DNA from: Candidatus Cloacimonadales bacterium
GTDB taxonomy: Bacteria; Cloacimonadota; Cloacimonadia; Cloacimonadales; DAONDQ01
Direction: 5' to 3'
Length of the DNA stretch: 64,000 nt
Assembly (NCBI GenBank): GCA_963662275.1
Contig: OY759316.1
Span: 2,595,820 to 2,659,819 of the forward strand
In this document: in pieces, positions 50,380 through 60,759 of the stretch
Layout of the letters: each line of letters opens with the position of its first letter
How positions within the stretch are numbered: the stretch's first letter is position 1
The notes under the pieces: model-generated
The model's input: the letters and a program-made list of their open reading frames with translations, nothing else
Databases searched by the model: none
What the model was told of the DNA's origin: nothing
Made by a program: the position numbers and the translations under genes

Positions 50380-51276
50380 ATGTTTCCAAATGAAACGCTA
50401 CATTTGTTAAACGAAAGAGCGAGTTTAAGAAACTTTGCGGACAAGGAAATTGAACAGGAAAAAATCGATTTGCTCATGCAAACTGCCTGTAATAGTGCTT
50501 CTGGGGGAAACCTGCAACCGGTTTCTATTATCAAAATACAGGACAAATCAGTTCGTACTAAATTAGGTGAAATGTGCTGGCAGCCTTATGTTGGCAAAGC
50601 ACCGCTGAATCTTCTCTTTTGCCTTGATCTTCATAGGAATGAAGTTATTGCTCAAGTCGGGGAAGCCCCCTATACTGTAAATCATGCATTCAGACATTTT
50701 TGGATTTCCTTCCAGGATGTCATTATCTCAGCACAAAGTGTTTGCACAGCAGCGGACGCACTTGGTTTGGGTTCGTGTTATATAGGTACTATCGCTGAGT
50801 ATTTCGATGAATGTGCAGAAATGTTCTCCCTTCCTGCTCATGTTGTTCCTGTTGTATTAGTAGTGATCGGATATCCTGCTTCCAAGCCCGGAATCCGTAA
50901 GAAATTCACACCTGATGTCATGGTACATGATGAAAAATATCACGATTATGATCCAATAGCATTGTATGAGAAATATATTGAACGTGAGGGAAAAAGAGAA
51001 TCTGCTTTTTCTGATAAGCAGCTAGAGACTTTCAATGCGAACTACCAGGCAGTGAATGGAAAAATAAAGGCGGATGAATTAATCACTAAAATCAAGGAAC
51101 GTGGCTGGCTCACTCCGATTCAGTACGTCTTTGGATTACATTACCATGCTGCTACTATGCCATTAAGTAATCTGAAATTCCTGGAATGTCTCAAAAAACA
51201 GGATTTGCATTTCTTTGAAGAATGGCAGCCAATGGATGAGAGTGCCCTTGACTATTTTGAATTTGAAGAAGAATAG
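50380..51276 (+). CDS. Nitroreductase-family protein with C-terminal extension
   Basis: N-terminal RASLRNF motif and overall nitroreductase-like layout; extra ~80 aa at the C-terminus. Confidence 0.6.
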   Translation: MFPNETLHLLNERASLRNFADKEIEQEKIDLLMQTACNSASGGNLQPVSIIKIQDKSVRTKLGEMCWQPYVGKAPLNLLFCLDLHRNEVIAQVGEAPYTVNHAFRHFWISFQDVIISAQSVCTAADALGLGSCYIGTIAEYFDECAEMFSLPAHVVPVVLVVIGYPASKPGIRKKFTPDVMVHDEKYHDYDPIALYEKYIEREGKRESAFSDKQLETFNANYQAVNGKIKADELITKIKERGWLTPIQYVFGLHYHAATMPLSNLKFLECLKKQDLHFFEEWQPMDESALDYFEFEEE

Positions 51277-51327
51277 TTGTATTTCATTGTATCCAATTGC
51301 AGGTGTATAGCTGAAGATATGTGAATC

Positions 51328-51585
51328 ATGAAAACGGGTAAAATCATAGATATTGAATGCCAATGCGGTTTCAAACTCTTTCGCTATTTCAAGGCAGGTA
51401 AGGGTAGGATCATCAAATGCTTTATCAATAGGATGGAAACAGATTATGTGGGGCTGAAGGGTGTTGAAACTTATTCAAAACCCGTATGCCCTCAATGTAG
51501 TAAAGAATTGGGTATTATCATGATGATACACGGTGAACCAGCCTTAAAGATTAATCATGGTACGATTAAGGATATCAGGATTTAA
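51328..51585 (+). CDS. Small zinc-ribbon protein (85 aa)
   Basis: CxC...CPQC arrangement (ECQCGFK ... CPQCSK). Confidence 0.4.
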   Translation: MKTGKIIDIECQCGFKLFRYFKAGKGRIIKCFINRMETDYVGLKGVETYSKPVCPQCSKELGIIMMIHGEPALKINHGTIKDIRI

Positions 51586-51610
51586 CTTTCCTGATCTGAT
51601 TCCTGCCATC

Positions 51611-53269
51611 TCATTCCAATTTGTTGCTTACTTCCTGATTATCATCATCCGGAGCAATGACAACTTGATTCCTGCCATTTTCTTTTCCGATATAAAGTGC
51701 TTTATCTGCTTTCTTCAGGCAAAGATCCAAGTCCTCATAATCCGCATAGCAACAAACACCTGCTGTAAGAGTTACGTGAATCACCTGTTGTTGGAAAACA
51801 CAACTCCCGCTTGCCAGGGAAGATCGTATCTTTTCACCAACGATCTTGCCACCATTGGCATTTGTTTCAGGTAATAACAACAGAAATTCTTCTCCACCCC
51901 ATCTTGCCACATAGTCCTGTTTACGGACAGAATCCTTTATGACATTAGAAATAAAGATCAAAACAAAGTCCCCAGCATCGTGACCGTATGTGTCATTAAT
52001 ATTTTTAAAATGGTCAATATCGAGCATAATCAACGTAAAAGGTTTTTGATTACGTTCATAGGCAACTTGCGAATACTTGATTTTTTCCAGAATATCGCGT
52101 CTGTTCGACAGATTTGTCAAAGGATCTCTACGAGCTAATAAATCCAGGGTTTGATAGGCATTGGAGATTTCTGCATTCTTTATCCTAATTTGGGCATATG
52201 CTTTTTTGAGAGCTTTATTTGCTCGTGCTTTCAGAAGATACAGTAAGTAAAATAAGAAAGTGATTATCAAGAGCAAGAAAACTAAGATTGATATAGATCT
52301 GTTTTTGGTTTTTTGCTTTTCTAATGTAAGCTTATCGATCATCTTGTCCTTTTCCAAGATGGATATCTTTTTTTCTTTTTCAGAAGTAATATGCTTTTCT
52401 TTCTTTAATTCTATACCGATTACATTAGTAACTGCTTTTTCTGTTAATAAAGCCTTTTCTGTCCTTGCTTTTTCGAGTTGTAGTTGAGTTGCTTCGCTTT
52501 CCTTTTTTTCTTTTATAGCATCGAACTGGAGTTGCATTTCCTTCATTTTCTTACGGTTTGCCTTAGTAAAAAGAACATGTAACGTATCTGAGGATGAAGA
52601 ATACAACTTATAATAATACAAAGCCTTATCTTGATTCCCCAGAGTTGCATAAGTTTTAGATTTAACAAGATATTCCTGTCTCACTTCTTCTTGGAGGGCT
52701 TCTTCAGCTTTTATTCCTTTCTGATAATAATCAAAAGCAGTTTGTGCTTTCGCCAGATACTTAGCTACTACGGCAAGAGAATAATAAATTTCAGCCAGTC
52801 CTTGCTTTTCGCCGTTTTTCAATTTAATCTGAAGTGCTCTTTGGTAATAGTCAAAAGCATCTCGATTCCGGGCTTTGTCCTCATAGATCCTGCCGATGTT
52901 ATCCAGTGTTGACGAGTAGCCTTTCACATTCGGATTTGCCTGATATTTTTCAACTGCAGCAAGATCATATTCCAGGGCATTTTTCAGATCATTCGCTTGA
53001 TAATACAAAGCTCCTATTTTACCAAGAACATATGCTTCATCTTTAGCATCTTTGTTCTTCCGTGCCAGATCAAGAGCAAGTTGTGCATAATCTAGAGCAA
53101 GCTTTGGTGAAGATTGAATATTCGAATCAGATAATTTGCAGAGAATTTCTACTTTTCTGTCTTCAGACGCTGTTTTCAATTCTTGTTTCAATGCATTAAA
53201 ATCTTCTTGAGCAAATAACAATAAAGGTAACCCGACAAAGAACAACAACAGCCAATTTCGCATCATCAC
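51611..53269 (-). CDS. Diguanylate cyclase (GGDEF) with periplasmic TPR repeats and one TM helix
   Basis: Signal peptide, TPR repeats, coiled-coil, TM ISILVFLLLIITFLFYLLYLL, GGDEF core RWGGEEFLLLLPET. Confidence 0.85.
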   Translation of the reverse strand: MMMRNWLLLFFVGLPLLLFAQEDFNALKQELKTASEDRKVEILCKLSDSNIQSSPKLALDYAQLALDLARKNKDAKDEAYVLGKIGALYYQANDLKNALEYDLAAVEKYQANPNVKGYSSTLDNIGRIYEDKARNRDAFDYYQRALQIKLKNGEKQGLAEIYYSLAVVAKYLAKAQTAFDYYQKGIKAEEALQEEVRQEYLVKSKTYATLGNQDKALYYYKLYSSSSDTLHVLFTKANRKKMKEMQLQFDAIKEKKESEATQLQLEKARTEKALLTEKAVTNVIGIELKKEKHITSEKEKKISILEKDKMIDKLTLEKQKTKNRSISILVFLLLIITFLFYLLYLLKARANKALKKAYAQIRIKNAEISNAYQTLDLLARRDPLTNLSNRRDILEKIKYSQVAYERNQKPFTLIMLDIDHFKNINDTYGHDAGDFVLIFISNVIKDSVRKQDYVARWGGEEFLLLLPETNANGGKIVGEKIRSSLASGSCVFQQQVIHVTLTAGVCCYADYEDLDLCLKKADKALYIGKENGRNQVVIAPDDDNQEVSNKLE

Positions 53270-53504
53270 CCCTTTTTAATGCCATTTAGATTCGACTAAA
53301 ATGTGTCTTTTTCTTAATTTTAATTTCTTCTTAAAAATAATCATGTCAAGGATTAATTCTGAAGACAGTTAGTTACCGACTGTTGAACGAAGCTGCAAGC
53401 AGCAGTACCGTTCGCAGTAAACTCGTGTTTCATGCATTTAAACTATTGATATACTGAACCCTCACTAAAAGCATACTTACCCCCAAAATTAACTGGAGGT
53501 AAGT

Positions 53505-54377
53505 ATGGAATCATACGAAGTTCGCTTTTTAGAGTGCCTTGATCTTCGAGGCGTGTCCCGAGAGACAAAATACAATTACATCAGACAAGTCACTTCTTTA
53601 GCATCATATTATGGTCAAGACCCCGGCACACTATCTATTGAACAGGTAAGAACATATTTTGTCTACCTGCATAACGTCAAGAATTATAGTCCTCAGAGTT
53701 TAAAATCAGCCTATTATGGCATCAGATTTTTTTTCATCCATGTTGTTGGTTTCAGGCAAGAGGATTTTACCTTTTTTAAGGCAAAGATTGAGCACAAACT
53801 TCCTGTGATTCTGACCACAGACGAAGTTAGAATGCTTATCTCCCGCATTCATACTTATGATTATCGACTCTTACTGACTCTTACCTATCAATGCGGATTA
53901 AGGATTTCGGAAGCAGTCAAGATTAAAATAGCCGATATCAACCGGGAATTGATGACCATCACGGTAAGGCAATCCAAAGGCAACAAAGACAGGTCAATAC
54001 CTCTGCCTGAAAAATTGTATCAGGAACTCCGGGAATATTGGAAAACCCATCAGAACAGACAGCTTTTATTCCCGAGCAGAAGCACCAGACAGGCTGATAT
54101 TAACAGAATGACAACCTCGAACCAGATTTCTGTCCAAACTCTTCGGTCAGCTCTGAAGTCAGCCTTAAAGGAGACACGCATCCCTAAGCATGTAACCTGT
54201 CATACACTCAGACATTCTTATGCCACACATTTATTGGAAGCAGGTGTCAGTATCATCATCATCAAAGACTTGCTCGGGCACGAAAGTCTTAGAGCGACCA
54301 TGGTATACGTGCATTTGACTAACGTTTCCCGAGAGCAGTCATGTAAAATCATCAATGAACTGATGAATAAGATGTAA
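53505..54377 (+). CDS. Tyrosine site-specific recombinase (XerD/integron-integrase-like)
   Basis: C-terminal catalytic region HTLRHSYATHLLEAGVSIIIIKDLLGHESLRATMVYVHL (R...HxxR...Y); SAM-like N-terminus. Confidence 0.85.
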   Translation: MESYEVRFLECLDLRGVSRETKYNYIRQVTSLASYYGQDPGTLSIEQVRTYFVYLHNVKNYSPQSLKSAYYGIRFFFIHVVGFRQEDFTFFKAKIEHKLPVILTTDEVRMLISRIHTYDYRLLLTLTYQCGLRISEAVKIKIADINRELMTITVRQSKGNKDRSIPLPEKLYQELREYWKTHQNRQLLFPSRSTRQADINRMTTSNQISVQTLRSALKSALKETRIPKHVTCHTLRHSYATHLLEAGVSIIIIKDLLGHESLRATMVYVHLTNVSREQSCKIINELMNKM

Positions 54378-55520
54378 ATGGATTTTAGCAGGATTCTCAA
54401 AAACAACCTGTCCGAGTATCTGGAAAAATATGGAAACCAGTCACCGGAAAGCCATTTAAGAGCGATCAGAGATATTCTCCTTTGCCGGACACCTGAACTG
54501 GGCGGAGAAGTCTATTTATGCCAGGAATGTGCGGAACTGCATTATTCCTATCATTCCTGCAAAAACCGTCACTGCCCGAAGTGTGGCCGTAATGATTCAG
54601 CGAAATGGCTGGAAAAGCAGCTTGCCAAACTGCTGCCGGTTAAGTACTTCATGGTAACTTTCACCATACCCCGGGAACTGCACAAAACATGCCTGTCAAA
54701 TCAGAAACTGCTTTATGATCTTCAGTTCAAAGCATCATCTGAAGCCTTAAAGACATTGCTTTCAGATCCCAAATATGCCGGTGGCGTTTCAGGCTTTACC
54801 GGGGTACTTCATACCTGGACAAGGCAGCTTGAATATCATCCTCATATTCATTATATAGTCCCCGGCGGAGCTTGGAATAAAGAACGAAAGGAATGGCAAA
54901 AAGCAGGCAATAAGTTCCTGATTCCGGTCAAAGCTCTTTCGGTGATTTACCGGGCAAAATTCCGTGATTTGCTTCGACTGGAAAATCAGCATCTGTTTGG
55001 TCGGATATCCCCGCTAGTCTGGCAGCAAAAAGAGTTTGTCACAGACTCCCGACCCGTCGGAAAAGGTCGGGAGGCTCTGACTTATTTGGCCAATTATGTG
55101 TATCGGACCGCCATCACCAACAATCGCATCCTTTGGGAAAAGGACGGGCTGGTAACCTTTAAATACAAGCCGGCAGGTTCAGCTAAATTCGCCTTTAAAA
55201 GCGTCGACTCCGTGGAGTTTATCAATAAGTTCCTGATGCATGTTCTGCCGCAGGGATTTCAGAAAATCAGATACTACGGATTTCTCAGTCCGGCGGCAAA
55301 ATCTGTCTGGGAGATGGTCAACAGCTTTTTCCCAGCAAAGTCCGATTCTAATGACAAGAATCAGACAGCTAAAACTTTTGTAATTCCCAAATTTGAAAAA
55401 GACCTCTGCCCTAATTGCAAATCAAAGATGACACAGCATGCTTCAATTACCGGAAAACCAAGATCACCGCCTTGGTCGCTGTTGTTTTTGGCAAATTGCT
55501 TTGATGGCGGTAAACTGTAA
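54378..55520 (+). CDS. IS91-family transposase (N-terminal zinc-binding domain, HUH motif, Y2 catalytic tyrosines)
   Basis: CQECAELHYSYHSCKNRHCPKCG zinc binding; HPHIHYIVPGG HUH; YLANYVYR YxxxY. Confidence 0.8.
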   Translation: MDFSRILKNNLSEYLEKYGNQSPESHLRAIRDILLCRTPELGGEVYLCQECAELHYSYHSCKNRHCPKCGRNDSAKWLEKQLAKLLPVKYFMVTFTIPRELHKTCLSNQKLLYDLQFKASSEALKTLLSDPKYAGGVSGFTGVLHTWTRQLEYHPHIHYIVPGGAWNKERKEWQKAGNKFLIPVKALSVIYRAKFRDLLRLENQHLFGRISPLVWQQKEFVTDSRPVGKGREALTYLANYVYRTAITNNRILWEKDGLVTFKYKPAGSAKFAFKSVDSVEFINKFLMHVLPQGFQKIRYYGFLSPAAKSVWEMVNSFFPAKSDSNDKNQTAKTFVIPKFEKDLCPNCKSKMTQHASITGKPRSPPWSLLFLANCFDGGKL

Positions 55521-56592
55521 GTTAATTTTACCGACGGGATTGTCTTGCCTAAATTATAGAAACAACCGAAATATTACAGGCAATTTGCTAAAATACTTGA
55601 AAACAATATCAGCCCATACACAAAAAGTCTGATCTCAAAGTGATTTGATAACTTCTGAAAAGAAAATCATCTCTTCCATTGGTAAAAGACTCTGCTAAAA
55701 TTGTAAAAATCCAATTCAACCCAAGAAATCTTCAAAAAGCAATTTCCAAATACATATTCAAAATCACCCTGCTACTTGAGCTTGTTCAACAGCATATCCA
55801 ATCATGTCTATGATGGGAAATGCTTATTATGTTAGATCCTGAAGTTTGTAACTTTAGGAGGCTGATGAGTCATTGGGTTTCAAACCCAACAATATAACAG
55901 CTTACAAAGCTATGGTACAAAATAAAATGACAAAAAATACCTATTGATCTCAAATTTGAATATAACGGTGTGAATCTGAATTGTGAAATGGGATTCCATC
56001 TTCAATTTTCCATCTCATATTATGAAAGTTCTTAATTGACAACCGAATTGGTTTAAGCCCTCATAATAGCAGAAAAAACTTGAAAATAATTACCAATTAA
56101 ACATCAACCTAAGAAAAACAAAGAAAGTCTAGATAATGCTTAGATGATCCCTAGATGAAGCCTAGATGAAGTCCAGATAATTTTATTAGAGCTAATTGTG
56201 TGCCGGAAGGGTCGAATTTCCATTCTGGATGCGGAATGAGATGATGTATTTTTAGAAGATGTTGGAAAGGTGTTAATGGTTAATTTGGGTTATGAAAATC
56301 TTCCATCTTCCATTTTTCATCATACCTTTGATAAGTATTCCATTCTGAATGATCTTATACGATTTGAGGAGGGTGAATTTATCCTCTATGTCGTTAAGTA
56401 GCAATAATCGATAATTGGAAAGAATATTTCAAAAAATTACTGCAAATTCTTCTTTTTCCTCTTTTCTGCTTCTAGATTTAGCTCGAAATGTAAAAGAATA
56501 AAAAAATGAACTTGACATCAAACACGAAGTTGTTAATTCATCTTCTTTATGAGAATAAATCACGTGAAAGGCATACAATATAGGAGATAGTC

Positions 56593-57903
56593 ATGTTAGT
56601 AAGATTTTCTGTACAGAATTTTCTCTCATTTGGAGATAAAGCTGAATTGGCGATGTTTGCATCAAGAGTGAAAGCTCATCCTGAACAAGTTTGTAATTTG
56701 AATATCAAGCCTGTTTCAAAGTTGCTGAAATTAGCTTTGATTTTTGGACCGAATGCCTCCGGGAAATCGAACTTGGTTAAAGCGATGGATTTTGCTAGAA
56801 GATGCATTGTTGGAAAACCTGGTTTCTCCAATATAGATACAACCTATTTTAAACTACAAGACCCCATTGAATCCACTGCTAGTAACTTTGACTTTGAAAT
56901 TCTGGTTGATAAGACACTCTATAGATATGGGTTCATTTATGATAAGGATACTTATCCGTCAGAATGGTTATATAAAATTACTAAAAGTGGATATAGCCCA
57001 TTATATGTTAGAAATGCTAATAAAAATGAACGTAACATCGAATGGGATGACAAACTCTTTAAAACGAAAAAAGACAGGGAATTCTATAATTTTGTGAACA
57101 AAGGAGTTCCACACACTCAGCTTCTGCTATCGGAATTAGGAAAGAAGGAACTGGAATTATTTCTACCTCTATATCAATGGTTTACGAAATTGATCATCAT
57201 GTACCCCAAAACAGAATTTAAGAATTATCCCATGATTTTTCGCAAACCTGAATTACAGAATCTCTATAAAGATATGTTTAGTAACTGCGATACTGGAATA
57301 GAAGGAATAGACTTTGAAAAAACTGAATTCAAAGAAATTGAATTGCAGCTTCCCGACCAGTTACTCAAGGATATGTTACAGGATATCCCTAAAGTGGATC
57401 ATACTTTAGTATCTTTAAATCTGCCTAAGGGAAGGTATCTTTTAGAATATGACCATATGAAACCGACCCTATATAAGCTTCTCTTTAAGCATGTTATCAA
57501 ATCTACTGGAAGAGAAGTGAAATTCGATTTCCCTGAAGAATCAGATGGAACATTGCGCTTATTTGATCTGATTCCTTTATTGGGAGACACAAAAAATGAT
57601 AGAGTTATTGTCATTGATGAGTTAGATCGTAGTTTACATCCTCTATTAACAAAAAAACTGATTACGGAATGTTTGAAGATGGGGCTGAATAATCAATCTC
57701 AACTAATTGCGACTTCTCATGACTCCAATTTACTGGATACAGATATCATCAGAAGAGATGCAGTTTGGTTTGTCAGAAAGACGGCAGATATGTCTTCAGA
57801 AATATACTCCTTAGAAGAATTTAAACCCAGAAATGATAAAGAACTTCGGAATGCGTATTTGGAGGGCTTATATGGTGCAACTCCCATTTTCAGAAATTGT
57901 TGA
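56593..57903 (+). CDS. AAA_21/ABC-like ATPase of an AbiL/OLD-like two-gene defense module
   Basis: Walker A FGPNASGKSN, Walker B VIVIDELDRSLHP, LIATSHDSNLL; AGGAGA RBS. Confidence 0.8.
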   Translation: MLVRFSVQNFLSFGDKAELAMFASRVKAHPEQVCNLNIKPVSKLLKLALIFGPNASGKSNLVKAMDFARRCIVGKPGFSNIDTTYFKLQDPIESTASNFDFEILVDKTLYRYGFIYDKDTYPSEWLYKITKSGYSPLYVRNANKNERNIEWDDKLFKTKKDREFYNFVNKGVPHTQLLLSELGKKELELFLPLYQWFTKLIIMYPKTEFKNYPMIFRKPELQNLYKDMFSNCDTGIEGIDFEKTEFKEIELQLPDQLLKDMLQDIPKVDHTLVSLNLPKGRYLLEYDHMKPTLYKLLFKHVIKSTGREVKFDFPEESDGTLRLFDLIPLLGDTKNDRVIVIDELDRSLHPLLTKKLITECLKMGLNNQSQLIATSHDSNLLDTDIIRRDAVWFVRKTADMSSEIYSLEEFKPRNDKELRNAYLEGLYGATPIFRNC

Positions 57904-58534
57904 TGAATTAGATTTTAAAACGCAATTTCAAAGAAAATCCAAGTTCAGGGAACCCGTCCTTTTCCTTATCGCATGCGAAGGAATCAAAGATGAGCCAACA
58001 TATATCAATGAGTTTGTGAAGTTCTATCACATTGATCAAGCCAGTGTTAAAATCGCTGAAAGAAAGCCAGGAGATAGAAGTTCGGATCCTTTGAGCATCA
58101 TTGAGATTTTGAGCGATAATTTAAAGGATATCAAATCGATCAATATCAAAAGATCAATACATCCCTGGATATTAATTGATAGAGATGATCGATTAAAAGA
58201 GACTCTTGAATCAGCTAAGAGATGCTGTGATGAACTTGGTTATAATATTGCATTCAGTTGCCCGTGCATAGAGCTTTGGTTTTTACTCCACTATAAAGAT
58301 ATCAATAAGTTGGATTCAAATCTGAGAACTAAATTATTGAATTCCCAAGCATTAAAGAAATACTTAATTAAGAACCATTTGGATTTGCAGACTAACTTAA
58401 GCTCGATGTTCCTTAATACTAATGATGCAATTCAAAGAGCAAAAGAAATAGATTATATCACAGTCGATTTCCCAGCAACACATTGTACAAAAGTTTACCG
58501 ACTTATTGAGAAACTGTTGGAGTTGATCGATTGA
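57872..58534 (+). CDS. RloB-like (TOPRIM-like, AbiLii-type) protein partner of the AAA ATPase
   Basis: N-terminal REPVLFLIACEGIKDEPTYINEF matches the RloB hallmark (ILIVCEGEKTEPNYF). Start placed at ATG 57872 with a GGAGGG RBS, overlapping the ATPase by 32 nt. Confidence 0.7.
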   Translation: MVQLPFSEIVDELDFKTQFQRKSKFREPVLFLIACEGIKDEPTYINEFVKFYHIDQASVKIAERKPGDRSSDPLSIIEILSDNLKDIKSINIKRSIHPWILIDRDDRLKETLESAKRCCDELGYNIAFSCPCIELWFLLHYKDINKLDSNLRTKLLNSQALKKYLIKNHLDLQTNLSSMFLNTNDAIQRAKEIDYITVDFPATHCTKVYRLIEKLLELID

Positions 58535-58659
58535 TAAATAAAGCTAAGTTTGGGAGGTGCTTCACGAAAATCATCGAAAATTGTTGCAACGAATTATGTT
58601 GCATAGAGATAAGAAATAAAAAAGTATGAAAAGAAAACATAAGAATAAATGGAGTTTAC

Positions 58660-60759
58660 ATGACAAATGACTATTTGAAAATAATATCTGATGCTCCCTT
58701 AAAAAGTTTGAATGAGATTAGAAATGACAATCGGATGCTAGATTATAAATTATACGTCGAGAATATCTTTGAGCACATTAGAACTTATCAAGATAAAAGT
58801 AGTATCACCATAGGTATTGAAGGTACATGGGGATCGGGGAAAAGTACTATTCAAAATTTTTTAATAGAGAGAATCAAAACTTATATTACTGAAGAAGGTA
58901 ATAAAGATGCATACAAAATTATTGAGTTTAATCCATGGTATTTTACAGATTGCTCAAATTTAATCAGTCAATTTTTCCAACATATGTCTAACACGCTCCA
59001 AAAAGAGAAGAAATTACTTGGTAAGGTTAGCAAAGGGCTAGAAGACTTATCCAGAGTGTTGAATCCAGCATCAACTATTCTTATGGCAACTCTACCTCAT
59101 ATAGGACTAATTGTTAAAGGTGCTGCAAAATACACACAACAAATGGCAGAGCAATTAAAACCCAAACAAAATGATATTTTTGAAATAAAAAATAAGTTAG
59201 AAGCACTTCTTTCAGATAAAATGCTAAAAACAAAAATAATTGTATTCATCGATGACTTGGACAGGATGCCTCAAAAAGATATAAGGGCTATTCTTCAAAT
59301 GATAAAATCTGTAGGTAACTTATCAAATATTATTTACATCATTTCGTATGATAGACAAATCGTCTCTTCAGCAGTTAAAGAAGAAAATGTAGATAGAAAT
59401 GAATATTTGGAAAAGATAATACAAGCTGTTGTTCGGGTTCCTGTCCCATATTATGAAGATATTTATAATTCAATTCATGATCATTTTCCTTCACATGATG
59501 CATATGATGAACATATGGATTGCCGGTTAAAAGGAGTAATTGATTATCTTGCAAGAAGAGGGATAACATATAGGCAGATTAAACAAATAATGAACAGGTT
59601 TTCATATCGAAGAAGATTTGATTTTAATTGCCTAAGTCATTATGATCTTTTTTTATTATCAATTCTTGAGGCATTGTATCCTAAAGTTTATGCGTTAATT
59701 TTACAAATAAAACCAATTAATTTTCATATCTCAAACACAGATGAATTTAATAGTTTCAGCAAACGCAAGCAAATTTTCAAGGATTCAGTTAATGAATTAC
59801 CAGAAATGAAAAATGGAATTTATTCCGTTGACAGTAACCAGAGAGCTCCAATAGACAACTACACACTGGTATCTTTACTTATTAAATCGTTACTCAATAT
59901 AGATATCTATTCAAAAGAAGTTAATCCATATCAGGATAAGTTTAATTTTCAAACTATTGAAGAAAAAGCTCACAAATTTAGAATGTTAGATCATAATTAC
60001 TTTGAATATTATTTTTCATTTAGTGATTTTCAAGATTGTACTTTTTCTACATATAAAGAAGTCCTTAAGGGTATTCGGAGCAATGATTTTGGAGCTTTAG
60101 AACCAGTAAATTCAAAATTTCTAATTGCTTTTTTGTTTCTATGTATATCCACTTTTGCAATCGATGATTTTGATGCCTATATTCAAATAATAGACTATAT
60201 GACAAATCTCAATTACATAGATAATGAAAATAAGTATTACTATATTCTAACAAGATTCATTGAGATGTGCTTAAACAGCGAGAAAACAAAACAAATGCTT
60301 TTATCAGTTTATATAGAGAAATCCCATAAAATTGATTATATGATGATAATAGATGATTGGTTAAAAATGCATGTTAATGATGACCAAAAAATAGTAGATA
60401 AATTCCGAGTTGTTTTAAAAGAGAATATCGTATTACAAAAAGATTGTTTACAAGTAAGTCCAAGTTACAAACAAATATTATGGATTGTTTTAGAAAATTA
60501 TGAAGAAAAAGAAATGAAAAATCTTATAACTGAGCAAGTTGCAACAAACGAGGGATTGCTGGACTTATTATGGGGAGTTAGTGATAAGGAGGCAAATGGT
60601 GTCATTGCAGAAATAAGTAAAGAGAAAATAGAAAAACTTCAGGATCCACAGATTATCTTAACTAGATTGGAAAACATAATAAAAACTGATCTATTTGCCA
60701 GTCTGTCCACGGATAAAAAAACTGCAATTAATGATTTAATACACTATATTGAAACTTGA
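58660..60759 (+). CDS. KAP-family P-loop NTPase (699 aa)
   Basis: GIEGTWGSGKST Walker A and IVFIDDLDRMPQKD Walker B, in the arrangement typical of KAP NTPases. Confidence 0.75.
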   Translation: MTNDYLKIISDAPLKSLNEIRNDNRMLDYKLYVENIFEHIRTYQDKSSITIGIEGTWGSGKSTIQNFLIERIKTYITEEGNKDAYKIIEFNPWYFTDCSNLISQFFQHMSNTLQKEKKLLGKVSKGLEDLSRVLNPASTILMATLPHIGLIVKGAAKYTQQMAEQLKPKQNDIFEIKNKLEALLSDKMLKTKIIVFIDDLDRMPQKDIRAILQMIKSVGNLSNIIYIISYDRQIVSSAVKEENVDRNEYLEKIIQAVVRVPVPYYEDIYNSIHDHFPSHDAYDEHMDCRLKGVIDYLARRGITYRQIKQIMNRFSYRRRFDFNCLSHYDLFLLSILEALYPKVYALILQIKPINFHISNTDEFNSFSKRKQIFKDSVNELPEMKNGIYSVDSNQRAPIDNYTLVSLLIKSLLNIDIYSKEVNPYQDKFNFQTIEEKAHKFRMLDHNYFEYYFSFSDFQDCTFSTYKEVLKGIRSNDFGALEPVNSKFLIAFLFLCISTFAIDDFDAYIQIIDYMTNLNYIDNENKYYYILTRFIEMCLNSEKTKQMLLSVYIEKSHKIDYMMIIDDWLKMHVNDDQKIVDKFRVVLKENIVLQKDCLQVSPSYKQILWIVLENYEEKEMKNLITEQVATNEGLLDLLWGVSDKEANGVIAEISKEKIEKLQDPQIILTRLENIIKTDLFASLSTDKKTAINDLIHYIET

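Larger units (their letters stand above)
53300..55600 (+). mobile_element. IS91-family-like element carrying a tyrosine recombinase and a Y2/HUH rolling-circle transposase; ends approximate
   Basis: Gene pair integrase + zinc-binding HUH-Y2 transposase, stop/start adjacent (TAAATG). Confidence 0.55.
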
